Assembly (NCBI GenBank): GCA_963693365.1
Contig: CAVNZM010000007.1
Span: forward strand, 6,135,962 to 6,199,961
DNA: 64,000 bases
Direction: 5' to 3'
Source: Amoebidium appalachense
Lineage: Eukaryota; Protista; Ichthyosporea
The translations under genes were made by a program, and so were the position numbers. The notes beneath the pieces were generated by a model. It was not told the DNA's origin. It made no database searches and saw only the letters and a program-made list of their open reading frames with translations. How positions within the stretch are numbered: position 1 is the first letter of the stretch; each line of letters opens with the position of its first letter. Below are positions 13,066-43,485 of this stretch, in pieces.

Positions 13066-13366
13066 CTTCCATGCAGCCCCCCTAGTCAACAAAAGTATCT
13101 GAACAAGCCACCCCTTATCACGTGTGTGAAGCGGAGCAGTAGTCGATCGAGTGGGTGTCAGGTTCAGAAATGAGCTCTACTACTATTATTTCATGTGAAG
13201 GGCTGTGCCTAGGCCAAGGGCCCACATGTGCACGTGCACACGTGTCTAGGGCCAGTGGGCACACGTTGTCTCTGTAAAATCATAAGGTAGCTGGAATCAT
13301 GGAAATTCAATTGCGGCGATGGCTCTCCGGCCGGGACTCATGAAAAACAGGGTTACATCGAGAGCG

Positions 13367-13673
13367 AAAAGGTACACCAATTATGCACTAGAGCTATATT
13401 TTTGGATAATAATTATGTAAATAGTGTTTTCTCAAAGCGTTTGGTACAGAAAAATTATAACTCAATTGGTTCAGCGCCAGTGACCAAAAAACCAACTACA
13501 CGAAAATCCGGTACGTTTTTGATAGTACCGTAAATTATAGAGATTGCGTATTATAAAAACTTTTGACTCGATTAAGTTATAAAAAATTCTGTACCAAACG
13601 TTTTATGTTCATACCATATACATCTCATTTCCATGTTCAAACACGCTCTAGCGTTTATTGTGTGTGCCTTTTT
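13367..13673. mobile_element. Imperfect foldback (long inverted repeat), probable MITE remnant
   Basis: CGTTTGGTACAGAA (13438-13451) pairs with TTCTGTACCAAACG (13587-13600). Outer arms AAAAGGTACAC..CTAGAGC / GCTCTAG..GTGTGCCTTTT. No clear TSD found. Confidence 0.5.
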
Positions 13674-14586
13674 GTCTTTTATATTCTTGCTTATAGGTCA
13701 CGCGCGGGTTATACAAAACGTTTGCGTTACCTTTTTGCCCTCCTCTACGGCCGTGGGCCCGTAGCTAGCGTGAGCCAGGTGAGCCACATGTGGCTTTCAT
13801 AGTGGCGTTACAACTTACAATCCTGGCGGGAAAACACTCGGCATTCGAGCTCATTGAAATTTGTTGCAGCTATTATAGTTTTTTTGCGGACATATTGAAA
13901 GAAATTTCATATTTCAGCAAATTTATATCCAGCCATATCCGGTGCATCCAGTGCAGGATATTCGGGCCAACATAACACATATTTATGTTAAATCTGATAC
14001 TATGTTCCTATGGTGTTAACAATTTATATAATCTTCCGTATTCTTATAATTGCCCTACTAATATAAAGCTATGTGCATGCAATCAATAGATCCGTTTTGC
14101 ACGAACTTCGCCCTTTCCTCCTTTCAACAAACTACAGAATGCACGGAACTTGTGTCGCTTGTGTATACTACGCACATAAATGGAAATGGAGTCATACATA
14201 ACGAGTTCGGAAAACGGTTAATTAACTTCTAGCGTCACAGATATATCTTTCGGTTCTGTATACCGGCCTTTCGCATATGTAACACCCCATAATTCTCTAG
14301 GTAGACATGCTATCATACTCACTACCCGGGACAACGATTTGTGATGGGCCGTCACCACCAAAAATCACACGTATAAACTCTCACACAAACACAAACTTTC
14401 AGGACCTTCAAATAGGTGCAGTATATTGCAGAGATCTTTGTACATGTTCGAAAAAGAATGGGTAAGAAAAGGAATACATGCCGCACCAGCAAGACGGCGC
14501 ACGGCACAGTCAGGTAGCAATACGTCAACAAGAGTGGTTCAATTGATGAAAAGCACCGCGCGAAGATCAACAGCCATAATATATAT

Positions 14587-17500
14587 TCAGTAGGTTGTAG
14601 GGAGCATTCTAGCCATGAGCTCATCGGGGATACCCATATGCACCATGTCTTCCCGGTCGTAGAGGTGGCTGCTGCCGATGGCCTGCAGGCACAGTTCCTG
14701 CAGGGAGGGCATCTTGAAGTAGCACGCGCTGATCTCGTTGCTGCGCACATTGCCGTTGCTGTCTGCGCAACCGCCGAAGATGTACATGCACCCGTTGGGT
14801 GTGGCCGTTGCCGCGTGGAAACAACGGGCCGTGCTTGATTGCGCGCTGTGATGGGGGAAACAAGGTGGTGTAAGAACTCAGTATTTAGGCTTTTGCTGCA
14901 GCTGGCATGCTCCTTCGTAAAAAAACACCGATCGTGACCCCCCCCCCCCCCCGGGGGGTTCTCCACCTTCACCTTTGCCTTTATAGATTTGTCAACGTCA
15001 TATTCCATACCGCCGTCCCTTGAGTGGACACCACCTCCTGCTCTGTTTATCTATAGAATAATCGACACCTCCCTGCCGGGCCCTCATATCCGCCATTACC
15101 CAAACCCACAAACACAGAGATAGAGCCCCCCCCCCCCCCCCCCCCCTTCCCCGAGTAATTCTGTATCATACCGAGCAATTTACTGCATCATGAGTAAACA
15201 TGGTTGAAAAGAAAAACAGTACCTCTTGCTCCTAAGACAAGAAATGCGTAAAATGGAGGGAGGGAGGGAGGGGGGGGGGGGGGGGAGGAAAGCCATCCGG
15301 CATGGTGCAAAGCATACCTCAGGTTGATGCGGCGCCACTGGAAGGTGTTGACGTCAAGGAACCAGAAGTCGTCAAACATGCTGGCCCCGTCGGTGCCTCC
15401 GAACATGTAGATGTTGTTCTCGTACAGCACACACGTGTGTGATCGGCGTGCTGCATGGTGGCAACAGGTGAGTACTTGGTGCACAACTATTCCCTCTCGT
15501 TTCTTCTCATCAGCCTTTTCCACGTGATAAGCCGAAGGGGAAGGGGGGGGGGGGGGGGGGGGGGGAAGGGGGAGGGGGAAGGTGAGGGAGGGAGGAGGAT
15601 AGGCAGCTGGGGAGGAAAGTTGTTTCAGAAGTATCCTAATTTGCAGGTCCGTATTTCTTGTTTTTTTTGGCTTAGCAGCATGCTAGTTGGTAAAGAGACA
15701 ATGACATGCGAACAAAGAACTTAGGCAGAAGGTGCATATGTGTGTGTGCGTGTGTGGCCCCTGAGGGGGGGAGGAAGAGGGGGCGGGGGCCGGGGGGGGG
15801 GGGGGGGGAAGGGGGGGGGGGATGGAGCAATATGGAAGATCCTACAGAAATCTACATGTCCGCACTACGAATGAACAGCCGGGTGGGATGTGCTTGTGGG
15901 CACTTGCCAAGGGAATGAGGCGGGGAATAGCATACCAATGGGCAGACCACCACCATCCGCATGGTCCTGTGTGGGGACACAGACGTGGCGGGTCCATTTT
16001 CCGGTGGCAAACTCGTAAGAATGCACCTCAATGGAAGCACACGGTGGGTTGGGAACGCCCCCACCAATGATGAACATCCTCTCCTGTGAGCAGGTACTAG
16101 GTTAGACCTTTGCGAAACCCCAAATTTATAGGAGAATTTTGAACGAAAACCTCCTTAGCGAGCTCTAAGATGCGTACATACCTCTTCCCACTGTTTCAAG
16201 TCATAGCCACAAAATCATCAGAAACACCCCTCATCACCACCTCCCTTTATGGCCACCAGTTTGGCCTGACCCAGCCACAAGGTTTACACAGAGAGGGTTT
16301 CTTTATTACCACATCTTCTCCCAAATCCTTTATTCCGAATTCATTATTTTAACATATTGATATAGTCATCCTTAGAAGTGACTAATTCTGATGGCGACGA
16401 TATAGCTGAAAAACGGAAAAACAGTGACATATTGCCCCCCCCTCCCCCCCCCCCCCCCACACACACACAAACACACACGCACACAAAAGCACATGTCTAC
16501 ATGCACCACTAACCTGGTTGGCAACTGCCTCGTGGCGGTAGCGAGGTGAAGGGCGGTTGGGGTTGGTGGTAGCGCGGACGGGGGGCTGTGCTGTTGCGTT
16601 TGTGGTGAACGTGTGGGGGTCGTTGGGCTGGTCTTCGTCGAGCTGGCGCGTCCATACGCGGGTCTCAAGGTCCAGCCAGTACATGTCGTTGAAATAGACA
16701 CAACCAGAGGTGCCACCAAACAGGTAGAGCTTGTTGTTGTGTGCTACGAGGCTGTGGCCGTAGCGGGGACACGGGACCTGCCCATATGTCTCGAGCTGAG
16801 GGGTAAGGCATTGTTAGTGAAACACACCACAAACTGCTGCCAGCCAAATGCTGGTCGTACGGCCGATGGTTGTGAAAAGTGGTTCTATTTCCCGATGCCG
16901 CTCGCCTTCTAAGAGAGGAGGGAAGGGAGGGAACAGCCGCGTATGGATGCGAGGAGGGCAGAGCTCAGCCTGGGAGGAGGGAGGGGGTTACGACTTCTAG
17001 GGCTGTAGAATATCCTTATGCAAATAGTTTGACCCGACCTATAAACACCACATACAGCAAAAAGCTGTTAAAGGTCGGTTTCGGGTGCAATAGGATATAT
17101 ACCTTCTCCCAGTGACCGGTCCTCAGGTTGCACATGTAGAAGTCGTTGGTGTTTGAGTGGCCGAAGGGTACGTTGGAACCTCCAAAGATGTACAGAAACT
17201 CGCCGAGAATGACGCCTGGGTGAGTGGCCACATTATTGTTAGTAAGAGAGGTATATATGTGGGAGCCAGAGCAAAAGGAAAACCCCTCAAAATGGTCAAG
17301 GAACGTACTAGGATGTGAATTAGGGTTTGTCGAGCAGCATATTAAATCCATTTGAGAGAAGCTAGCGGGCATGTACACACCTTGGTGCGAAACTCTCTGG
17401 GTGGGGATGGTTCCGGTGCAGGAATGGCGTGCCATGTGCGAGATGCTATGTGGTAGCGGCAGAGATCGTTAAAGCACCTCCCGTCGTGGTAGCCGCCAAA

Positions 17501-17683
17501 CACGTACAGATTGTCGCCGTCTTGGTCGCAGAGAATAATGTGTCCACTGCGAGGTGAGGGGATATCACCGCTAACTTTGATGGCTGGAAGGGCGGGCCGA
17601 GACGTTGTAAGTTCGATGGGGACCGGAGGCAGCATTGGGGGTGGCCGAACAAGCTGGACTTGCGAGCCACTGTTGTCTGCCAT
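14587..17683 (-). CDS. KLHDC10: Kelch domain-containing protein 10 orthologue (apparent 1-nt frameshift near 17421)
   Basis: Exons 17683-17381, 17215-17103, 16795-16514, 16083-15936, 15450-15318 and 14845-14587. Kelch blades PSPRSGH..LYVFGG, FGGSNVPFGHSNTND, RYRHE, ARRSHTC..FGG, FHAATATPNGCMYIFGG and the C-terminal PSLQELC motif match my recollection of the KLHDC10 family. Confidence 0.88.
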
Positions 17684-19503
17684 TGTGATGTCGCTGAGAG
17701 GTGGAAGGGTGGGGTGTTAGATTCTTGGCTGATGGAACATGACACTGTTCAGAGCTGGAAGCCTTAGGCTTAAGACTAGCGCTAACCATCGTTGCACAAC
17801 CTGCTAACAAAGACTGTGGCAACGGTCCAAAAGTTACCCGAATAGAGAACGAACAGAGAAAGCAATACCATTAAGCGGAAAACAAACAACTCCTCAAAAG
17901 GGCAAACCGGGGAAGCTTCTTCTTGATCATCAAAAACTTAGCCTAGTAGGCGGCACCAGAGGAGCAACTGCAAAACATAACACTACTATGGTGAAACTCA
18001 AAACTCATAACTTACCCATCTTCAAACGTGGCCTTCATTGGGCTGCCACCCGTTGCGGCCGCACCCATGCGAAGCTTGCTGATGATTCTCATTTTGTCGT
18101 TTAGCTTGATGCTCCGGTGTAGACGAAGCAACGGAATCGGTGATAGTCGCTAAGTTCAGTTGACGAGGTGCGAGGAAACGGGAGAACAAGAAACTGCCAA
18201 CTTGTTCGTCGTGAAAAGAAAAGATCAATAACCCTCTGTTCCTTTTCTAGTTAGAGTTACTATCACGTTTCTGTTTAATCAAGGAAGTAGCTTCAACCCT
18301 AGTTGAGCTCGAGTCGTGAATAACAAAGAAACCTCTCCCTGCTCTCGAGATCTGATTCTCTCGGCAACTTGTGCTCGGGTGCTGGCCCTCGGAAGCAGAA
18401 GAAACACTGCCAAGTAACAGTCAAACAACAAAGGCACAAGAGCAGAGCAAAAACTAACACGGAGAGGTAAATGCAGCAAAGCTATAGCAGAAAAAAGTCG
18501 CTTTTTGCTACAGAGAAAGCCAGCTGGAACTGAAAAAGTGGAGGACGGTTTCTGCGTTTTCATGCGCGGGTGAGAATGGTGCCTGGCACTAGCATCCATG
18601 ACGAGGCGTGCGCGGACTGGCTGTTTCGGCACCAGCAACGGATTACCAAGCAGGCAACTGTGTTCTGATAGGTGAAAAATCATGGTTTTTTGTTGAGAGG
18701 AGATCGGGCTGGAACCATCCTCAGGTGGGAAAAGGCAAGTCGTTACGATTGGTTGTTGGCCTGCGAATTCCGTGACTTTGATGGCGCTCCTGGTTACATG
18801 AGGAACAGTTACTACAAGTTGATAGTAAACGCTAAAAAATGTTGGCCTATTTCTTTTCAATAATGCATATATGAGTACACTTATACTGAATTTGTTATTT
18901 CTGTATGGATTTTCAGGGCAATTATTCCACCAGAGTGTCCCATTAAGCTCGCGCAGGTGGCGTTACTGTGAGCAAGATGGCGCGTGTATCATTGGCTACA
19001 TGTCAGCAAGAATTTGCAGTATCAGATAGACTGAGCAACCGTTTCCGTTATTGCCAGAGAGCGCAGTAAAGTTTACGTCGAAGTAAATATTTCATACACT
19101 CCCGATTAAAAGTCACAAAATAGCAAGCATTTAGCCATGTAAGCAGCCTAAAAGTGCGCAAGTACTGAAAAAAACAAGAAAATTTATAGAGGAGTGCCTT
19201 CTACATGTATTGTGCACAAGCTAATCAAATTGTACAACAATTTTCCTATTGCATTCTACTTTACGCTCGTTCTGACTGTTGCAACCAATCGTTCGTCTCC
19301 GGCTCTTGCTTTTTGATTGGCCTAAACTGTATCAACGACATTCTCATGTGCGCACCTTTTCCAGGCGCATAGGGAGAGAGATAGAGAGAGACCATTGCAA
19401 GGAGGGGGGAAAGGTCGAGTACATAGACACTAAAGAGAAAAGGCAGAAGAGTTTAGAGAGGCAGGTAGTACTTATGAATGACAGAGAGGAAGAGGGAAGT
19501 TGG

Positions 19504-19735
19504 AAATAGACAAATAGTGATGAGGGGACCAGGGGATCCGGATCTGGCAACGGGAAGCTTGAGCGAAGATCTGGGAGAGGATGAAGTAGAGAGACGGAGA
19601 AATCGAACGGAGTGACAAAGAGGAAGAGGCAAGATGAAAATAGACAAATAGTGATGAGGGGTGCTGGGGATCTGGCAACGGGAAGCTTGAGCGAAGATCT
19701 GGGAGAGGATGAAGTAGAGGACGGAGAAATCGAAC
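19504..19735 (+). repeat. Two-copy tandem duplication (about 100-bp shared unit, period about 134 bp)
   Basis: aaatagacaaatagtgatgagggg...gatctggcaacgggaagcttgagcgaagatctgggagaggatgaagtagag..gacggagaaatcgaac appears twice. Confidence 0.85.
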
Positions 19736-20275
19736 ACATGGTAACAAACTCTTGAAGAGCTTGTGGTCCCAGTGGGGCTCAGATCTCTTTATTATTGTTT
19801 CACTGAAATAGGTATGGTTGCAGCTTTACTCAATTTTGGTTACCTGAAATAAGCCCACCGGCAACACAAAACTGGTGTTTTGAAGCCGGATCCGTAAACC
19901 TCATGACTAGAACATGGCTGGTGCCTTCTTGTACGCGTGTATGGCTGGACCATCATTCTTCTAGGCATTCTAGACATAGTACACAGGAAAAAGTCCTACT
20001 AAGCGAGATATCCTCTGTGACAGGTGTGTGTGCCCAGGTGCCAAGTCAATATTATGGTGCCCATGAATGGTTTCGTTCAGTGGCCGAGGAACTTCTCGAT
20101 ATATTCTGCACCGTCAGAGTTTCTCCTTTAGCCCCCGCGGCCGACAGGGCTGTTATGCAAAGTTTTTTACCACCAACCTCAACCCCAAACCCGACGAACA
20201 TGGCCGTATGATACACGCACTATTTGGGTTTGAGGCCTTGAACAAGTGAACGGATCCGGACCCTCCCCCTTCTCC

Positions 20276-20314
<39 letters not shown>

Positions 20315-21048
20315 CCTCCCCCCTCTCCCCCCCTCCCCCTCCCCCCCAGGCAAGTCTTCCAGTACCATGGCCTGCATGTGAAACCTCCGCAGCACAACTA
20401 GTGTGCACTTCATCCCCCCCCCCTTCCCTCCCCCCCCCCCCCTCCCCCCTCCCACTCCCCCAAACGCGTGCTCACAACCCTCTCCTTCGGGCTCCTTGCG
20501 CTCACCACCACTGTCTCAAAACGTTTACCCACTCCCACAGCCCTAATAATCAATGCCTATAACCCGTGTACACATGTCGCTCTTGAAGTTGTGTCTGCGA
20601 CTTCTTTTTTTCTGGCCTATGCCACACATTTCTCTTTCATGCTGCGCGGAAGCCCTCCTTCACACACCCACAAAGCCCAGGTCAAAAGGCAAAAGCGACC
20701 CTGTACAACGGACGGCAGGACACATAAGAATACTTCGGATTCGTAGATTCATTCTTCCTAGGTGGCAAAGTCCAGCTCTGCAAAAATCTAGAAAAGCCAC
20801 AGGGGGTTTCGGAGCTGCTCAGAACACCTTCGTTCAGCAACTTTCCTAGGATACAAAGTTGTTTCCAATTCTTGCCTCCACGAACAATACAACACGTGCC
20901 ATTCCTCAAGCTTTACCACAGAAACCCACCCACCCAAGTGCATTTGTGATTCTACAACAACGATGCTGGCCTAATAAAAAATGAGAATCAACAGGTATTG
21001 GAGATACAACACCTTATCCATGAAAACAACATCATTTAAAACCCCATT

Positions 21049-22194
21049 TCAATTTTGCTTGTTGCGATCTTCAGCCAAGCGCGCTATGCCGGTGCCTATA
21101 ACAACTCCCATGTTCTCCTTCACCTCGCTCACCCACCCTTCCTTGCCCACCACAACTGGTCGTGTGTAGTCCTCAAGCTTAGCTTCGGCGCTGGATTTCC
21201 GGTGTGTTGGCTGTGGGGTTCGAAGTGGAGGCGCCCCTTTGCTTTCGTGTGCTTGTATCATCTCTGCTAGTTCTGGTTGCCCAGACAAGACGGCCAGTTC
21301 GCTTGCTGTGTGTCCGTTTGCATCCTTTATCCCTGTGTGGGAACGGCCGTCTTCCAGGAGGATCTCAAGTGCATGTTTTGCGCCCATCTCGATGCAGCAG
21401 TGTAGTGGTGTCTGTGAATCCGGGCCACCCCTGCTGTTCATGCTTTTGGTGTCTAGTTTCGCTAGAAGAAGAGAAACCAGAGTAGGACGATTCCAGCTAC
21501 ACACCTTGTGAAGGGCAGGCCACTTGAACATGTCTGTGCCCGCTGGATCAATGTTTGGGTCGGACAGCCACTTCTTCACTTCCTCTTCGTTTCCTGGGTA
21601 TTCAAGCAGCTTGGAAAGGGGCATGGGGCGCTTTCCTGCTGGGCTTGCCGCCTGTTTCGGTTGCGGTTGTGAGGGCTCGTTGCTAACTTCAATTGTTTGT
21701 GATGTGAAACATGCAGCCGTGTTGTGGTAGCCGTTCTCTTTTGCTACTTGCTCAGGTGTTCTTCCCCATATATCAACCAGACCCTGCGAAACACCCTTAG
21801 CTAGCAAGGCGCGCACAGAATCTGTTTTCCCAGAAGCAGCAGCGAGATGAAGTGCAGTTTCACCCCACATGTTCTGTGCGTCGCGGTCTGTTTCATTCTT
21901 TGGGTTCAAATTCGAAAGAAGTGCATCTATGGCTCGCAAAGACCCACTAACAGCAGCGTCGTGCAAAGCAGTCTGCCCGTGTTTTCCCCTTGCATTCACA
22001 TCTACCGCAGGGTTTGCTAACAGCAAGTGCACCAGTTCTACTTCGTCGTAGTAACATGCCCAGTGGAGTGCTGTTTTGCCTACACCATCCCTCTCTAAGA
22101 GTGCCTCTGCTGGGCAAGTGGCTAAGAGCTCTTTAGCGGTGGCTGCGTCACCTCGCATGGCAGCGGAAATGAGAGCGGGCAGAGGGGTTTCCAT
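21049..22194 (-). CDS. Intronless ankyrin-repeat protein (381 aa, two ankyrin clusters joined by a Q/P linker)
   Basis: Single ORF with GKTALHWAC, GQTALHDAA, GETALHLAA, WPALHKVC, QTPLHCCI and GHTASELA ankyrin motifs. Confidence 0.9.
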   Translation of the reverse strand: METPLPALISAAMRGDAATAKELLATCPAEALLERDGVGKTALHWACYYDEVELVHLLLANPAVDVNARGKHGQTALHDAAVSGSLRAIDALLSNLNPKNETDRDAQNMWGETALHLAAASGKTDSVRALLAKGVSQGLVDIWGRTPEQVAKENGYHNTAACFTSQTIEVSNEPSQPQPKQAASPAGKRPMPLSKLLEYPGNEEEVKKWLSDPNIDPAGTDMFKWPALHKVCSWNRPTLVSLLLAKLDTKSMNSRGGPDSQTPLHCCIEMGAKHALEILLEDGRSHTGIKDANGHTASELAVLSGQPELAEMIQAHESKGAPPLRTPQPTHRKSSAEAKLEDYTRPVVVGKEGWVSEVKENMGVVIGTGIARLAEDRNKQN

Positions 22195-22331
22195 AGTGTA
22201 GGTGTTAAGAATTTGGCTCGTTTATAGTGTCCCTGAATGAGCATGCACGTGTTCTGCGTGTTCGTTCCTTGCTTCTTCGACTCTGAAAAGAGCGCTGTGC
22301 TCCAAATTTTTGGGGCTGGGCGGGCCACTCG

Positions 22332-22893
22332 CAGGGGTGCAGAGCCTCAACGACTTGACTTGACTTATAAATGTAATTGTTTGCTGGGTTGGGCATTGAT
22401 GCAAGGCCTCCTAAATAGCACACCGGGCCGAGGCACGAGGTCGTCACATATGAGAAGTGACGTCATCAAGAGTAGGGTTAGCTTCCAGCCGAATCCAGCG
22501 AAATGATTGGCCAACTGAGGAACGCGCGAAACCCAGTAAAGGCGATTTCGATTGGATAGAAGATTTTTGACTGCCATTTAGTGATTGGACAATACAGCAT
22601 ACTCGGGAAATTTGCTATTGGTTGGATGACTTGACTTGACTTCAAAGTCGCGACTTGGAAGAGCACTATTTCAGTTAGTAACTCCTCTGGCCGCCTGGGC
22701 CACGGGCGGCCATTGCGCCCCCCCTTCCCACCCACCCTCCTATGCTTCCCCGCCCCAAGCCCCCCTCCCCCCTTCAAGTCACTACTATGTCCGGACTTAT
22801 GGCTTGACTTGACTTGGTTAGCTACTGAGAGTCAGGTGCTTGGTGACTTCAAGTCGCGACTTGAAGTCAAGTCGCCACATGTGTACACCCCTG
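22332..22893. mobile_element. Non-autonomous hAT-type DNA transposon (562 bp)
   Basis: Termini CAGGGGTG...CACCCCTG. Perfect 8-bp TSD GCCACTCG at 22324-22331 and 22894-22901. Subterminal GACTT repeats and a 24-bp palindrome GACTTCAAGTCGCGACTTGAAGTC. An 8-bp TSD with CAG termini is typical of hAT. Confidence 0.88.
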
Positions 22894-23028
22894 GCCACTC
22901 GACGGCACTCACTCGGGAGTAGCCTAATAGTCTATATCGCGCTACCCTGCTATGACGACACAGTAACCTTGCCACACATCCTGAACACCTCAAACGATAT
23001 CCCGTCCATCGGACTCCATCCCCTGAAC

Positions 23029-23069
<41 letters not shown>

Positions 23070-23878
23070 ATCCCCCCCCTGAACCCCCCCAACACACATA
23101 CACAAACACCACAACCACCACCACTGGTCGCCACCCCCACCCCCATGGTCCCACGGTCCCACCACCACACAGCATACCTGCACTAAGTGCACAAATCTTT
23201 CTCGCCTACGCAAGCATGGCATGCTTGAACCAATTTATGCCTATGTTGCCCGGAACTACGGTAGGAATTTATATATTATCGGCTAGCCATATTGGGCAAG
23301 CACATATACATCGTGACTTACAGTATTCGCATCTTCAACTGTTGCACGTGCTACAATAACGATCATAAATTTTAAAGATTCAAGTTACCCCACAGCTCAA
23401 TATTTTGCTTCAATTTTTTTTCTGATTAGCTAGCCGAAAGGTGCCAGGCTACATGCTAGGCTAGTGACGGAACCATTGAGCTCTACTTATTTCTGGTATC
23501 ATTCGTTCAGGAGTGTTTGCAGCCACCTAGGCCAATGGCTTTTTGCCAATGACAGCTTACCCCCTCCCCCCCCCCCCCCCCTCCCCTCTCCCAACAGACA
23601 CACACACACACCCATAAAAAAAACCCAAACAAGAACTACAACAATGCCACACATCCACGACATGCCATGCTCTACAGAGTCTCCATACATCATCGAAAAC
23701 TACTCGATTTGACCTAGCAAACCTACGACTCAGACTAAGTCTTGCTACTAGCATTGCTTTAGATCTCTTCTCCCAAGTTACAACCCCCCCCCCCCCCCCC
23801 CCCTCCCCCCTCAAACACCCCCCCACCCACTCCCCCAAATCCTCCTCACGCCAACCTAATTAATACTTTATTAAGCAA

Positions 23879-41603
<17,725 letters not shown>

Positions 41604-42740
41604 TTCACTTGTTTAATGGCCAGGATGCTTCTCATCCACTAGCAGTAGACTGAACCCTGACTGCTGTTACATGTCAATCATAGAACATGGAGCTCATTAC
41701 TAAACCGATCTCATACGGCCTAGTTTCTTATTCACAGCACTAAACTATATAGGTAGGCTGTTACCCTCAGATCTCCCAGTTATACCATCAAAACATCTAC
41801 TCGAAATTATGTAAACAAAAATTCTCTCGGGGTGCGATTTCGTAGCCAGGTTTGCGTTTTGGGTTTGACGACACGAACTTACGTCAGTGATGCATTTTCT
41901 ACCAATCAAATAAGTGTGTAGAACCTCGGGAGTTCATCGCCGAAAAAATCGGGAGGGTGGAAGAGAGGGGAAGAGAACGAGGGAGACTGGAGGCGGAGGA
42001 GGAGGGGGGGGGCGGGGGGGGAGGGGGGGGGGGGAGGAGGAAGGAGGGGGAGAGGGAGGTAGGCATGGGTGTAATATGCACGAGTGCCCTCAGGAGCAAA
42101 ACGGAGATACTATCAATGTTTCATTACTCGTGTCGGGTAAGGAGGTCATTGCGGTGATCGTGTGCCGGGATATTGGGAGTGGAAACGTGTGCACGCGTAT
42201 GTATGCAGCGGAAGTGTGTATGCAGGAGCTGTGTTGCAAAGCCTAAGTTGAAGCGGAAAGGTAATATGCGCCAACCCAATTCTTTGGCATCCGGGTGGAG
42301 GCCCACACCTGAGGGGCACAGCAGCGAGCATCTCATGGCACTTTGGAAAGCGTTTGCCCGTTAGTGTATTACCGGCCACTCGGAAAGACTTCATACTACT
42401 AATATATGTATGTAACGAGCTCTGCTCAGAGTTTGCACCTTTATTTAGAACACTGATGAAGTTTTGAATACACATTAAGTGAGAGCCTATGTTATCTGGT
42501 ATTTGTTAGCAAAACGGATCCGGTATGTGTTGAAATAAAGAACACTAGCGGTGTCATGACACTGTGTGTTGGGGTTTGTTGTCAGTGTGGTACGGTTAAC
42601 TAAATAGGTACCTATTTGGCAAGAGTATACCTATGTATTTATGCAGGTAGGCGGGGAAGCATAGGCCTATAGCTATAGGATGCGGTAAACAATCCATGTG
42701 TGGGTGCAGTGCATTGCAGGGTGTGTCTTGTGTGTGTGCT

Positions 42741-42998
42741 TGTACGCGTATTGTATGTCACGTAGCAAGCGGCCTGCCGTCTTGTGTATGACGGGCTTTG
42801 ACGGAAGTGTTTCAGTGCTCTCCTCTCGAGCAGGTTCATGCCAGTAAGATGCCAGTGGCTTTAGCGCAGTGTACGCGTATTGTATGTCACGTAGCAAGCG
42901 GCCTGCCGTCTTGTGTATGACGTGCTTTGACGGAAGTGTTTCAGTGCTTTCCTCTCGAGCAGGTTCATGCCAGTAAGATGCCAGTGGCTTTAGCGCAG
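42741..42998 (+). repeat. Recent two-copy tandem duplication, 129-bp unit
   Basis: 42741-42869 and 42870-42998 differ at about 2 positions. Confidence 0.92.
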
Positions 42999-43300
42999 CA
43001 GGACATGAGCACATGTCGGGTGCACTGTGAAAATGAAACTGGTCCATCCTGCCACGCACAGCACAATTAACAAACGACCTAATAGTTTTTCAGCGAAGCC
43101 AGGGCCTCCCGGACCTATATAAAATGCCTCCTATATACAGTATCTTGCATGGCAAGCTTGAGCATTGAGGTGACCCAACTTGCTGCTGTTGCTAGTTCTC
43201 ACGCATTGTTTACCTCATGCCAGTAGGATGACGCTGACCATATGCAATGCACAAACTAGTGTAGGCACTGGTTTTGACATTGCTTCAAGGCCTCCTATTG

Positions 43301-43465
43301 TAGCACTCCTGATGGCACAAGTAAGGGTATCTGATGTAAGACTATCAGTACACTCTATATTGGAGGGTTTTCGGGGTGCATTGGTCTTGCACTCCTGGAG
43401 TGCCATATCCGACGGTAATAGTCTTACATCAGATACCCTTACTTGTGCCATGTCCAGGAGTGCTA
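43301..43465. mobile_element. 165-bp hairpin / MITE-like inverted repeat
   Basis: 34-bp perfect arm 43312-43345 pairs with 43418-43451, plus outer TAGCACTCCTG/CAGGAGTGCTA. TA at both extremities. Confidence 0.65.
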
Positions 43466-43485
43466 TATGCGACGGAGTGCTATAT

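Noticed and set aside
18279-18860. 193-aa minus-strand ORF upstream of KLHDC10
   Set aside because: Non-ATG start and no recognisable motifs; more likely 5' UTR or promoter sequence (a UTR intron is plausible at about 17802-18017).
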